Origin: Malacoraja senta | Lineage: Eukaryota | Direction: 5' to 3' | Assembly (NCBI GenBank): GCA_038087875.1 | Contig: CM075988.1 | Span: 3,348,001 to 3,412,000 of the forward strand | Length of the DNA: 64,000 bases | Shown: one piece after another, positions 25,101 to 37,621 of the stretch | Layout of the letters: each line of letters begins with the position of its first letter | Numbering within the stretch: the stretch's first letter is position 1 | Notes under the pieces: generated by a model | Told to the model about the DNA's origin: nothing | What the model saw: only the letters and a program-made list of their open reading frames with translations | The model's database searches: none | Program-made: the position numbers and the translations under genes

Positions 25101-28100
25101 TATATATAGAAACATAGAAACATAGAAAATAGGTGCAGGAGTAGGCCATTCGGCCCTTCGAGCCCATTCGATATGATCATGGCTGATCATCCAACTCAGT
25201 ATCCCATCCCTGCCTTCTCTCCATACCCCCTGATCCCTTTAGCCACAAGGGCCACATCTAACTCCCTCTTAAATATATCCAATGAACTGGCCTCAACTAC
25301 CTTCAGTGGCAGAGAATTCCACAGATTCACCACTCTGTGTAAAAAATGATTTTCTCATCTCGGTCCTAAAAGACTTCCCTCTTATCCTTAAACTGTGCCC
25401 CCTAGTTCTGGACTTCCCCAACATCGGGAATAATCTTCCTGCATCTAGCCTGTCCAACCCCTTAAGAATTTTGTAAGTTTCTATAAGATCCCCCCTCAAT
25501 CTTCAAAATTTTAGCGTGTACAAGCCGAGTCTATCCAGTCTTTCTTCATATGAAAGTCCTGCCATCCCAGGAATCAGTCTGGTGAACCTTCTCTGTACTC
25601 CCTCTATGGCAAGAATGTCTTTCCTCAGATTAGGAGACCAAAACTGTACGCAATACCCCAGGTGTGGTCTCACCAAGACCCTGTACAACTGCAGTAGAAC
25701 CTCCCTGCTCTTATACTCAAATCCTTTTGCTATGAATGCTAACATACCATTCGCTTTCTTCACTGCCTGCTGCACCTGCATGCCTACTTTCAATGACTGG
25801 TGTACCATGACACCCAGGTCTCGTTGCATCTCCCCTTTTCCTAATCGGCCACCATTCAGATAATAGTCTACTTTCCTGTTTTTGCCACCAAAGTGGATAA
25901 CCTCACATTTATCCACATGATACTGCATCTGCCATGCATTTGCCCACTCACCCAGCCTATCCAAGTCACCTTGCAGCCACCTAGCATCCTCCTGACAGCT
26001 AACACTGCCCCCCAGCTTCGTGTCATCTGCAAACTTGTAGATGTTGCATTCAATTCCCTCATCCAGATCATTAATATATATTGTGAATAGCTGGGGTCCC
26101 AGCACTGAGCCTTGCGGTACCCCACTAGTCACTGCCTGCCATTCTAAAAAGGACCCGTTTACTCCTACTCTTTGCTTCCTGTCTGCCAGCCAGTCCTCTA
26201 TCCACATCAATACTGAACCCCCAATACCATGTGCTTTAAGTTTGCATTCTAATCTCTTATGTGGGACCTTGTCGACAGCCTTCTGAAAGTCCAGATATAA
26301 CACATCCACTGGTTCTCCCTTATCCACTCTACTAGTTACATCCTCGAAAAATTCTATAAGATTCGTCAGACATGATTTACCTTTCATAAATCCATGCTGA
26401 CTTTGTCCAATGAATTCACCACTTTCCAAATGTGCTGCTATCCCATCTTTAATAACTGACTCCAGAATTTTACCCACCACCGATGTTAGACTAACTGGTC
26501 TGTAATTCCCCGTTTTCTCTCTCCCTCCCTTTTTAAAAAGTGGGGTTACATTAGCTACTCTCCAGTCCTCAGGAACTACTCCAGAATCTAAAGAGTTTTG
26601 AAAAATTATCACTAATGAATCCACTATTTCTGCGGCTACTTCCATAAGTACTCTGGGATGCAACTTATCTGGCCCTGGGGATTTATCGGCCTTTAATCCA
26701 TTCAATTTACCTAACACCACTTCCCGGCTAACCTGGATTTCACTCAGTTCCTCCATTTCATTTACCCCCGGTCCCTTGCTATTTCCGGCAGATTATTTAT
26801 GTCTTCCTTAGTAAAGACAGAACCAAAGTAGTTATTCAATTGGTCTGCCATGTCCTTGTTCCCCATGATCAATTTGCCTGTTTCTGACTGCAAGGGACCT
26901 ACATTTGTTTTAACTAATCTTTTCCTCTTCACATATCTATAAAAACTTTTGCAGTCAGTTTTTATGTTCCCTGCCAGTTTTCTTTCATAATCTATTTTCC
27001 CTTTCCTAATTAAGCCTTTTGTCCTCCTCTGCTGGACTCTGAATTTCTCCCATTCCTCTGGTAGGCTGCTTTTTCTGGCTAATTTGTACGCTTCATCTTT
27101 TGTTTTGATACTATCCCTGATTTCCCTTGTTATCCACGGATGCACTACCTTCCCCAATTTATTCTTTTGCCAAACTGGGATGAACCATGCAGTTTTTAAA
27201 TGCCTTCCATTGCATATCCACCGTCAACCCTTTAAGAATCATTTGCCAGTCTATCTTGGCCAATTCACGTCTCATACCCTCAAAGTCACCTTTCTTTAAG
27301 TTCAGGACCCTTGTTTCTGAATTAACAATGTCATTCTCCATCCTAATGAAGAACTCAACCATATTATGGTCACTCTTGCCCAAGGGGCCACGCACAACAA
27401 GACTGCTAACTAACCCTTCCTCATTATGCAATACCCAGTCTAGAATAGCCTGCTCTCTCGTTGGTTCCTCTACATGTTGGTTTAGAAAACTATCCTGCAT
27501 ACATTCCAAGAAATCCTCTTCCTCAGCACCCCTGCCAATTTGATTCACCCAATCTATATGTAGATTGAAGTCACCCATTATAATTGTTTTACCTTTGTTG
27601 CATGCATTTCTAATTTGTTGTTTGATGCCATCCCCAACTCCACTACTATTGTTCGGTTATCCTGTACACAACTCCCACTAGCGTTTTCTGCCCCTTAGTG
27701 TTTCGCAGCTCTACCCATATCGATTCCACGTTAATCCAAGCTAATTGCGCTAATTCCTTCCTTTCTATTGCGTTAATCTCTCTAACCAGCAACACTACCC
27801 CGCCTCCTTTTCCTTTCTGTCTATCCCTCCTGAATATTGAATATCCCTGGATGTTCAGCTCCCAGCCTTGGTCACCCTGGAGCCAAGTCTCCGTGATCCC
27901 AACTGTATCATATTCATTAATAACTATCTGCACATTCAACTCATCCACCTTATTACGAATGCTCCTTGCATTAAGATAGAAAGCCTTCAGGCTTGTTTTT
28001 ACAACACTCTTACCCCTAATACAATTATGTTGAAAAGTGTCCCTTAATGATTTTTGGCCTGGATTTGTCTGCCTGCCACTTTTACTTTTCACCTTGCTAC

Positions 28101-28639
28101 CTATTGCTTCTACCCTCATTTTACACCCCTCTCCCTCTCTGCTCTTGCACCCATCCCCCTGCCACATTAGTTTAAATCCTCCCCAACAGCACTAGCAAAC
28201 ACTCCCCCAAGGACATTGGTTCCATTCCAGCCCAGGTGCAGACCGTCCTGTTTGTACTGGTCCCACCTCCCCCAGAACTGGTTCCAATGCCCTAGAAATT
28301 TGAATCCCTCACCCTTGCACCATTTTTCAAGCCACGTATTCATCAGCAATATCCTCCTATTTCTACTCCGACTAGCCCGTGGCACTGGTAGTAATCCAGA
28401 GATTATTACCTTTGAGGTCCTACTTTTAAGTTTATCTCCCAGCTCCCTAAATTCACCTTGTAGGACCTCATCCCTTTTTTTACCTATATCGTTGGTGCCA
28501 ATGTGCACCACGACAACTGGCTGTTCACCCTCCCCCTCCAGAATGTTCTGCAGCCGTTCAGTGACATCCCTGACCCTTGCACCAGGGAGGCAACATTCCA
28601 TCCTGGAGTCTCGTTTGTGGCTGCAGAAACGCCTATCTA

Positions 28640-29556
28640 CTGAACTGAACTGTATTTATAGAGCACTTTAAAAACAACCACTGTTGCAACAAAGTGCTGT
28701 ACATGACTAATCATAAATATAAAACAAAACAATAAAAACATTAAAAGACAGTAAAACAATAAAAATAAACAGTAGAAACACTAAAACAGGAGCAAAGTCT
28801 CATGCAGGGTCAAAAGCCAAGGAATAGAAAAGGGTTTTAAGACTAGTTTTGAAAATGGACAGTGAAGGGGCCTGTCTAATGTGCAAAGGTAGAGTGTTCC
28901 ATAATGTCGGAGCAGCAACAGAGAAGGCTCTATCCCCTCTGAGCTTCCGCTTAGACCTCGGTACCTCCAGGAGCAGCTGATCAGCTGACCTGAGGCACCG
29001 AGCAGGAGCGTAGGGATGAAGCAGCTCAGAGAGGTAAGGCGGGGCGAGACCATTTAAAGATTTAAAAACAAATAAAAGAATCTTAAAGTGAACTCTAAAG
29101 TACACTTTAGCCAGTGTAGGGAGGCCAGAATAGGCGTTATGTGCTCCCTCTTACGTGTTCCAGTTAAAAGGCGAGCAGCAGCATTCTGAACCAACTGGAG
29201 ACGTGCAAGGGATGATTGGCTAACTCCAAAATAAAGTGCGTTACAGTAACCCAGCCGAGACGTGATGAAGGCATGGATTACTTTCAAAATGCTGTCGTTC
29301 AAGAATGGGCTTCACCTTTGCCGGCTGCCTTAAATGAAAGAAGCTGGACTTAACTACCGCGCCTATTTGACGATCTAATTTAAAATCACTGTCCATCTTA
29401 AAACCCAAGTTTAAAACTGTTGGCTTCACATACAGTGCCAAGGGACCCAAGTCAACAGGGGGAGGTTCACGGGGGCCATTGAGACCAAACACTATCACTT
29501 CTGTTTTCTTTTCATTAAAATTAAAAAAGTTTAGGGCCATCCAGGATTTTAATGTC
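28640..29556 (-). mobile_element. L2 LINE 3' fragment inserted in CR1 ORF1, TSD ATCTA (+)
   Basis: KSWMALNF.NFNEKKTEVI, LQLVQNAAARLL, PTLWNTLP; splits ORF1 at GDSIVRGID|RRFC; atcta at 28635-28639 and 29557-29561. Confidence 0.9.
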
Positions 29557-30119
29557 ATCTATTCCCCTTACAATGGAATCCCCTATTACTATTGCCCTTC
29601 CACTCTTTTTTCTCCCCTCCTGTGCCGCAGAGCCACCCATGGTGCCATGAACTTGGCTGCTGCTGCCTTCCCCTGATGAGCCATCTCCCCCAACAGTATC
29701 CAAAATGGTATATCTGTTTAGGAGGGAGATGACCGCAGGGGACTCCTGCACTACCTGCCTACTGCTATGCTGGCTATTGGCCACCCGTTCCCTTTCTGTC
29801 CTCTTACCTTTTACCTGCAGTGTGACCAACTCACTGTATGTGCTACTCATGACTTTCTCAGCATCGTGGATGCTCCAGTATGAATCCAACCGCAGCTCCA
29901 ATCGTTCAATGCAGTCTGCCAGGAGCTGCAGCTGGACACACTTCCTGCAAACGTAGTCACCAGGGACACCGACCATATCCCTGATCTCCCACATGTTGCA
30001 GGCTGAGCAAACCACGGGGCCAATCTCCACTGACATAGCTTACTCCCAAATTAAATCAACTCCCTCACACTATAAAAATCTTTATCCTTTAAACTGTACC
30101 TTCACTAATAAATACTGTA

Positions 30120-30368
30120 CCCTTAACTCACAGAACCCTCAACTCACCGAACCCTCAACTCACAGAACCCTCAACTCACCGAACCCTTAACTCACAGAAC
30201 CCTCAACTCACAGAACCCTCAACTCACTGAACCCTCAACTCACTGAACCCTCAACTCACTGAACCCTCAACTCACTGAACCCTCAACTCACTGAACTCTC
30301 AACTCACTGAACTCTCAACTCACTGAACCCTCAACTCACTGAACCCTCAACTCACTGAACCCTTAACT
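30120..30368. repeat. 16-bp minisatellite (aaccctcaactcactg) x~15 in the CR1 5' UTR
   Basis: Direct inspection. Confidence 0.9.
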
Positions 30369-30687
30369 TGAAAGCAGAAATGCAAACCTGGGGTTGCACC
30401 CAATCAGCTGCTTCCTCTGGTCCTCTTCCACCAGACCCCTTCTCTGGAAGTGAGATGGAACGCTGCAGATTTGGGTAACTCCTCCTCTCACCAACGGCTC
30501 CCCACGCCTCTGTGAAAGCACGTTTTTCTATCTTTTGTTACCTATTCTCTCTTTTTCTTTTTCATTATTAAAAAACAAGAAGCTGTACATACAATGTAAC
30601 ATGTCAATATATATTAGGCACCTTGGTGCCATATTTCTGTACTTACTTTTAATAACATAAAATAAAAAAAGAATAATAAAAAAACAC

Positions 30688-31020
30688 TTGGAAACAGGCC
30701 CTTCAGCCCACGTCCACACCATCAAACATGTCCCATCTACCCTAGTCCCACCTGCCTGCATTTGGCACAAATCCCTCTAAACCTGTCCTGTCTAATTGTT
30801 TCTTAAATGTTGTGATAGTCCCTGCCTCGACTGCCTCCTCTGGCAGCTCGTTCCCTACATCCACTGCCCTTTGTGGGACAAAGTTATGCCTCAGATTCAT
30901 TTTAAATCTTTCATCCTTCACCTTAAACCCATGTCCTCTGGTTCTGGATTCACCTACACTGGGCAAGATACTCTGTGCATCTACTCGATCTATTCCTCTC
31001 ATGATTTTATGCACCTCTAT
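30688..31020 (-). mobile_element. CR1 3' fragment
   Basis: KIMRGIDRVDAQ...RTRGHGFK plus 3' UTR. Confidence 0.85.
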
Positions 31021-31974
31021 GCAATCTATTATCTTGAAGATAGATACAAAAGGCTAGAGTAACTCAGTGGGACACGCAACATCTCTGGAGAGAAGGGATG
31101 GGTGACGTTTCGGGTCGAGCCCCCCCACCCTCCCCCCCCCCCACCCCCACACTGTTCTAATATCTCGTTTTCTCATCCACACCGGACAATGTTACTGAGG
31201 GCTAATTAACCTACAAACCCGTGCATCTTTAGGATGATGCAGGAAACCGCAGCACCCGAAAGATACTCATAGGATCAGAGGGAGAACGTGCAAACTCCAC
31301 ACAGACAGCACCAGGGGTCATACTTGAATTTGGGTCTCGAGTGCTGGAGGAAATCAGTGCGAAGAAATGTGCTGCATTGTTGGGGGAGCGTTTAACGAGG
31401 AGAGGAGTCGCAGTGGATTGGGAAAAGAAAGGACATGTCCAGAGACACTAATCTACAGAACAGCAGATGGATAAAGCCGGATACAAGGAATTGCAGATAC
31501 TGGTTTCCAAAACAAAAAGCACAGAGTGCTGGAGTGATTCATTGGACATCTCCAGAGGACATGAAGAGGCGTCGTTTTGGCTCGGGGCCCTTCTTATATT
31601 TGGCGTTACAATGTATAAAGCTGATTGAAACGTTATTGAAAGATAGGAAGCAGGTGAAGATAGACACAAAAAGCTGGAGTAACTCAGCGGGACAGGCAGC
31701 GTCCCTGGAGAGAAGGATCTAGGTGGCGTTTCTGGTCAGAGTCTGAAGAAGAGTCTCGACCCCCGAGACGTCACCTATTCCTTCTCTCTGCCTGACCTGC
31801 TGAGTTATTCCAGCATTTTGTGTCAGCGAGGTAAACCAGCATCTGCAGTTCCATCCTACACTAAAGAAGGCAGGTGATTGGGGTAGTGTTTTTCTGTTGA
31901 ACTTACCGACTTCCTTGTGTCTATCCACACTCGGAGTGACCCGGTCTCACGTAACCTTTACCCTTTCCTATTTA

Positions 31975-32135
31975 AGAAGGAACTCCAGATGCTGGAAAAT
32001 CGAAGGTAGACAAAAATGCTGGAGAAACTCAGCGCGTGAGGCAGCATCTATTGAGCGAAGGGAATAGGCCTATTTCCTTCGCTCCATAGATGCTGCCTCA
32101 CCCGCTGAGTTTCTCCAGCATTTTTGTTTACCTTT
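31975..32135. mobile_element. Palindromic Penelope-derived element, subfamily 2, two arms head-to-head, centre 32068/32069
   Basis: aaaaatgctggagaaactcagc...ggaataggcctatttcc...gctgagtttctccagcattttt; sister copy at 58565-58775. Confidence 0.75.
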
Positions 32136-33823
32136 TCCTGTGTCTGCAATTGTTCAGTTGCTCTATATTCCTGAAGGATGTGAAGGCATTCCTGAACTAT
32201 TAAGCTGGACTGTTGCATTGCATCGAGGTGCCTTGCCTGAGCAAATATGTCTGGGGCACGGGGAAAGTGCAGAACCTGTTTAATGGGAGAACACTTGGCC
32301 AGAGCGGAGACCATGTTCTCCAAATTGTTAAAAGGAAGTTTCCAAAGAAATGTAGATAGAAAATCCACTTCCACCCACAACTCCGATTCACACAGTCAAT
32401 AAATCAAATCACAAGTTCCTTAACGGTTTCTTGTTGGAAAACCAGGACAGAAAAAGTGGAGCCCAGTTGGTGTTTTCTTCTAATGGCCCTGTCTCACGGT
32501 GCGAGTCCACCCACGAGTGATCCCGAGTGAAAGAAAAAATCAAACTCATGGTTGTCTACCAGATTCCAAGTTTATGTTCACGAGTTTAAACGAGTTCCCA
32601 CGTGTATGTCTAAGTTTGCCGTTTACGTCTCATTTCTGCGATGTACCAAGTTCCTCTCCCGAATTACCAAGTTCCTCTCCCGAGTTACTCTTGAGCCAAC
32701 AACGACTACCGACGTGTGGAAAAATCATCACATGGTAAAAATGATGTCATGCAGTTTTTTTTACACTATAAAAAGACCCAGCTTGAAGAACGATCTCGAC
32801 AACCTATTTCTTTTCTCCAGAGATGCTGCCTGACCAGCTGAGTTAGTCCATCATTTTGTGTCTATCTTTCGTTTAAACTAGTATCTGCAATTCCTTCCTT
32901 CAAGCTTCTAGAGCAGTTTGTTTCAAGAAACAATCCTTCCAAAATTGCATTCAAAAGTCAATTTGAACTGCATTTGTTCAAGGTCTGGCATCAATCATTG
33001 AAAGGCATAGGCTGTTTTGTGTCGGGAGGAACTGCAGATGCTGGTTTACATCGAAGATAGACACAAAATGCTGGACATGCAGCATTTCTGGAGAGAAGGA
33101 ATGAGTGATGTTTCTGATCGAGTCCTTCTTCAGACTGAAAAAAACGTTTCGACCCTTCTCTCCAGAGATGCTGCCGGCTTGGCTGAGTTACTCCAGCTTT
33201 TTGTGTCTAGTAAGATTGTTTTATTCCCTTAATTTATCTCTCATCAAAACGTTGGTAAACTTCTAACAAAAAGATTAGGTAAATTGAACATTAACGTAAT
33301 TGTTTCCCCCCGACAGCAAGGTCCGTAGACCAGAGGGATAGCAGTGTGTGTCTCTCTACTCACCCAGTATGTCCGTCAGAGCAATGATATAGTGAGTTTG
33401 AGGCAGTGGGCAGAAACTGATTCTACAGCTGATGATGAAGTGGGAGATACACTATATTGACCCTCGAGAGGGAGTGAGCTCTGTGATTATAATTGACGCA
33501 CAGATGGGAGAGATATCCTCTCTCTACAGGGGACCTGAAGGCATTTCACAAACAAACTCCGAAGTTAATGCAGATACAAGGAACTGTTCTATCTTCTACG
33601 TTAACGGTCCCGACCCAAAACGTCATCCGTTTATCTATCATCTCCGGACATGCTGCTGCCTGACCTGCTGTGTTACTCCAGCACTTTGTGTCTTTTTAAG
33701 TAAAGCAGCATCTACAGTTCCTAAGCCACAAGGTGCTGATGAAACTCAGCGGGTCGGGCAGCAGTATCTCTGGAGAACGTGGGAAGGTGACGTTTTGTGT
33801 CAAACAGTCCTGAGTAGGCCTTT

Positions 33824-33851
33824 CTGAAGAAGGGTCTCGACCCGAAAAGTC
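33824..33851 (+). ncRNA. Minimal hammerhead-like motif with intact CUGAAGA/GAAA boxes and stem II
   Basis: CTGAAGA A GGGT CTCG ACCC GAAA AGTC. Confidence 0.62.
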
Positions 33852-34680
33852 ACCTACCCATGCTCTCCAGAGATGCTGCCTGACCCGCTGAGTTACTCCA
33901 GCATTTTGGTGAGTTATGAGCCATGTTATCAGTAAAAGGTTCTTGTCATTCAGGGCTCACCCACTTTGTAATGCAATCTTTGATAGAATATAGAACATAG
34001 TCTATAAATATTATTCATAGAAGCCGTGCAATAGTTCCATGCTGAAATAAAATTGAAAGCCAAGCTCACCAATTCCCTCTCCATAAACGTTATTCCCTTT
34101 ATCCTGTATCCGTACACTCTGGACGGCAAGATTGTAATCATATATAGTATTTCCGTTGACTGGATAGCATGCAACAAAAAGCTTTTCACTGTATACTAAC
34201 TAAACTAAAATAAACAAAAGATAGACTGGAGTGCAAAGTGCTGGAGTAATTCAGCAGGTCAGGCAGCATCTCTGGAGAAAAGCAATAGGTGTTGTTTCGG
34301 GTCGAGACACCTTCATCAGACCCAAAACCATCACCTGTTCCTTTTGCCCAGAGACGCTGCCTGACCTGCTGAGTTACTCCAGCATTTTATGTATATCTTG
34401 TATCTGCAGGTCATTTTGACACTCCTTAAACTAAACATTTCTTTCTTGAAAACCTGAATTTTTGAAACGAGTATCTGAAGCGTTTAGCTCAGGGCAGAAG
34501 GTTGCATCTGCAAAGAAACTTGCCCTCATACATCATAGACTGGTAGCTGAATCCCCCCCCCCCCTCCTTTTTAGTCAGTATTTCCTGACTGCTGACCTTT
34601 TCAAATTCTAGCCAGTTCACATGCAAGGAAACAAAGCAAAACAGAGACACCAGAGAGTGTGAACACTGTCACAGACTCTG

Positions 34681-34880
34681 NNNNNNNNNNNNNNNNNNNN
34701 NNNNNNNNNNNNNNNNNNNNNNNNNNNNNNNNNNNNNNNNNNNNNNNNNNNNNNNNNNNNNNNNNNNNNNNNNNNNNNNNNNNNNNNNNNNNNNNNNNNN
34801 NNNNNNNNNNNNNNNNNNNNNNNNNNNNNNNNNNNNNNNNNNNNNNNNNNNNNNNNNNNNNNNNNNNNNNNNNNNNNNNN
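34681..34880. other. Assembly gap (200 N)
   Basis: N run. Confidence 1.
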
Positions 34881-35489
34881 ATTTCTCCCATGATTTTGTA
34901 CCCAGAGGGTGTAAACTGGAGCAAAATACCAAGTTCTGGAGGAACCCGACGGTTCAGGCAGCATTTCTGGAATAAAAGGGGTTGTCGATGTTTCAGGTCT
35001 AGAGCATCCACCTGAACTCATTAGTTGTTAGTGGATACAGCTCATCTAGAGGCACCAGGAGCACAGAGCAAAGTAATCGGTAGGAACGGTTCCCCAGCAA
35101 ATATGGAGAAGAGGAATATTTACTAAAGAATTTTAGTTTAGTTTAGATTGGAGACACAGCGTGGAAACAGTCCACTGTCTACGCCGACAAGAGATTCCTT
35201 CACACTAACACGATCCTACACACACTAGGGACAATTTTGCATTGAACCTACAAACGCACATGTCTTTGGAGTGTGGCAGGAAACCGAAGATCTTGGAGAA
35301 AACCCATGCAGGTCACGGGGAGAAGGTACAAACTCCATTCAGACAGCACCTGTAGTCAGGATCCAACCAAGGTCTCTGGCGCTGTGAGGCAGCAACTCTA
35401 GCGCTGCATCTCCGTGCGGCCCCGATGGAGACCAAGAGAAACTGAAGAGTCAAGTCAAGAGTGTCATATGTCCCAAAACAGAACAATGA

Positions 35490-37550
35490 AATCCCTGAGA
35501 CATGAAGGTGATGTTGGTGTTGGCTGAGCTAGGCTTGTCAATCTCTTTTGATAGATCTGGTGGGCACTGAGAAAAGATAATGGTGAGAGAAAAGAATATG
35601 GAATCCCCATCTCATGTCAAAGGGCCTGTATCTGTGCTATAAAGCTACTGTGTGGATGAGACCTTCATCCCACCTGTTTGTGGAGTGTACTTCCCTGATA
35701 GGTCCAGGCAGTCTTTGTCAAGGTTCATCCAAAAGAACTATGGAACATAATGTTCATTATTCAATGGGTTATTGACAGGGATAACACCGTTAGAAGATCA
35801 ATAACATGGTGGAAGATACAGCCACAAGAAACTGCAGATGTTGGTTTATACCAAAGACAGACACAAAATGCTGGAGTAACTCAGCGGGTCAGGCAGCATC
35901 TCTGGAGAAAAGGAATGGGCGGTGTTTCGTGTCGAGAGCCTTCTTCAGACTGAGAGTCAGGAGAGAGGGAAACTAGAGATATGAAATCAGAACTGGAACC
36001 GATGATCCAGGAAAGGTGGAGCCCACAATGGAGGATTGTTGGCTGTGGAGAAGGTGATAAGGAAGGGATGCGAACAGTGGAACTGGCAGGACAGCGAGGG
36101 AGGGAGAGGAATGGAGAGAGATGGAATGCAAGGTTTAGCAAGTGTTGGTTTATAAAAATACACAATGTGCTGGAGTAACTCAGCCAGCATCTCTGGAGAA
36201 CATGGATAGGTAACGTGTAGAAAAGAAGTGCAGATACTGGTTTAAACCGAAGATAGACACAAAATGCTGGAGTAACTCAGCAGGACAGGCAACATCCCTG
36301 GAGAGAATGAATGGGCAATGTTTCAGGATGGGACCCTTCTTCAGACTGCTTTATTGTAGTTGACAATCAATTTGAAGAAGGATACCCACTCGAAACATCG
36401 CCTATCCATGTTCTCCAGAGATGCCGCTTGACCTGTTGAGATATTCCAGCACTTTGTGTCTTGTTTTGGTGAAGGGTACACTGGAATCCTGATGGATCGG
36501 CCTATGTACAGCTGAATCATGCTGTCTGGCACATTCTGCCATGCAGGAGCATGCATTGAGGAATGGACTGATGTACAGTGCAGCCACTGCAGAGGCTCTG
36601 TGGGGTATAACTACAGTCCAGGGACCTACAGCTGTGGGCTGTGTCCTGTGTAATAACGTTTCAAACTTACTGTTGGAGGACTAACTAGCACTGACAATTG
36701 ATGCCATGTTGATGTGTGTAGGAAGGAACTGCAGATGCAGGTTTAAACTGAAGATAGACACAAAATGCTGGAGTAACTCAGCGGGACAGGCAGCATCTCT
36801 GGAGAGAAGGAATTGGTGCCATTTCGGCGTTGAGACCCTTCTTCAGTCCAGAGTCAATGGGAAGGGAAACGAGAGAGAGAGAGACGGTGATGTGAGGAGA
36901 TATAGAACAAATGTCCGCCACTGTCGTTGACTTGCTCCACCTACTCTCCAGGTCCCGATCTTTGGGAGAGAGCAGGGGCCGGGCACGGCGGCTTCCCTCT
37001 CCCCGTTCCGCGACGGCCAAGACAGGCCGCGGCTCAGCGGGATGATACCCCACATGAGAAGGTGTCATTCTGGCTGGAGATCCATGACCAGTCGAGTTCC
37101 ACAAGGATCTGAGCATGGCCCCTCTGTTGGCTGTGATATATATTAGTAATGGTGTTAGTTTATTGATGTCATGTATAGCGAGATACAGTGAAAAGCTTGA
37201 GTCTTTACATGCAATCTGATTAGATCAGGCAATACTATCCTTAACTACCATAAAGGCTATAGTAGACAAGCCATCACTTGTCCAGTCAAGCCTGTCCTCG
37301 GGCAGATGATCCACCAGAGTAGACCCCTGCCTTGCCCAGCAGGGGAATGGATCTCTGACCACTTTCTGCTGCTCAGGGAGACAATTGGCTAACATGCAGG
37401 ATTGGGGAGGACACTTGCCTGGTCAGTTTAGGCAAGAAGAAGACCTTTGACAGAAGATCACACAGAAACCTGACAGCTGTGTTATCTGATATGGATTTGG
37501 AGAGTGAATGCATAACAGGCTGCAGCAGATCTACAGACATTTGTAGATGA
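35490..37550 (+). mobile_element. Old L1/Tx1-like LINE remnants (35490-35800, 36470-36650, 37290-37550) interleaved with Penelope-derived repeats
   Basis: Degenerate HLFVEC, ALRNGL...AATAEALWGITTV and ISDHFLLLRETI...KTFDR. Confidence 0.45.
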
Positions 37551-37621
37551 TCTGGATGGGCGGCACAGTGGCACAGCGGTAGAGCTGCTGCCTTACAGCA
37601 CCAGGAACCCGGGTTCCAAAG

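Larger units (their letters stand above)
25106..30527 (-). mobile_element. Near full-length CR1 LINE: 5' UTR with 16-bp tandem repeat, ORF1 (zinc finger + SGNH esterase), ORF2 (APE + RT), few frameshifts
   Basis: ORF1 CSACNMW...CRKC, VIGDSIVRG, CLPGARV, HIGTNDI, DGLHL; APE YLNARSIRNK, GITETWL, GDFN, LDWVL, SDHN; RT 25503-26756; 3' (atgtttct)n tail. Confidence 0.95.

Noticed and set aside
30120..30368. Regular short repeats resembling a CRISPR array (also 8390-8500, 8830-9030, 20128-20350)
   Set aside because: Head-to-tail tandem units without unique spacers, inside eukaryotic TEs, no cas genes
33365..33534. Minus-strand segment with acceptor and GTGAGT donor
   Set aside because: Stop codons in all three frames; a non-coding exon cannot be supported from sequence alone
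34601..35021. ORFs spanning X runs
   Set aside because: Artefacts of the 200-N gap
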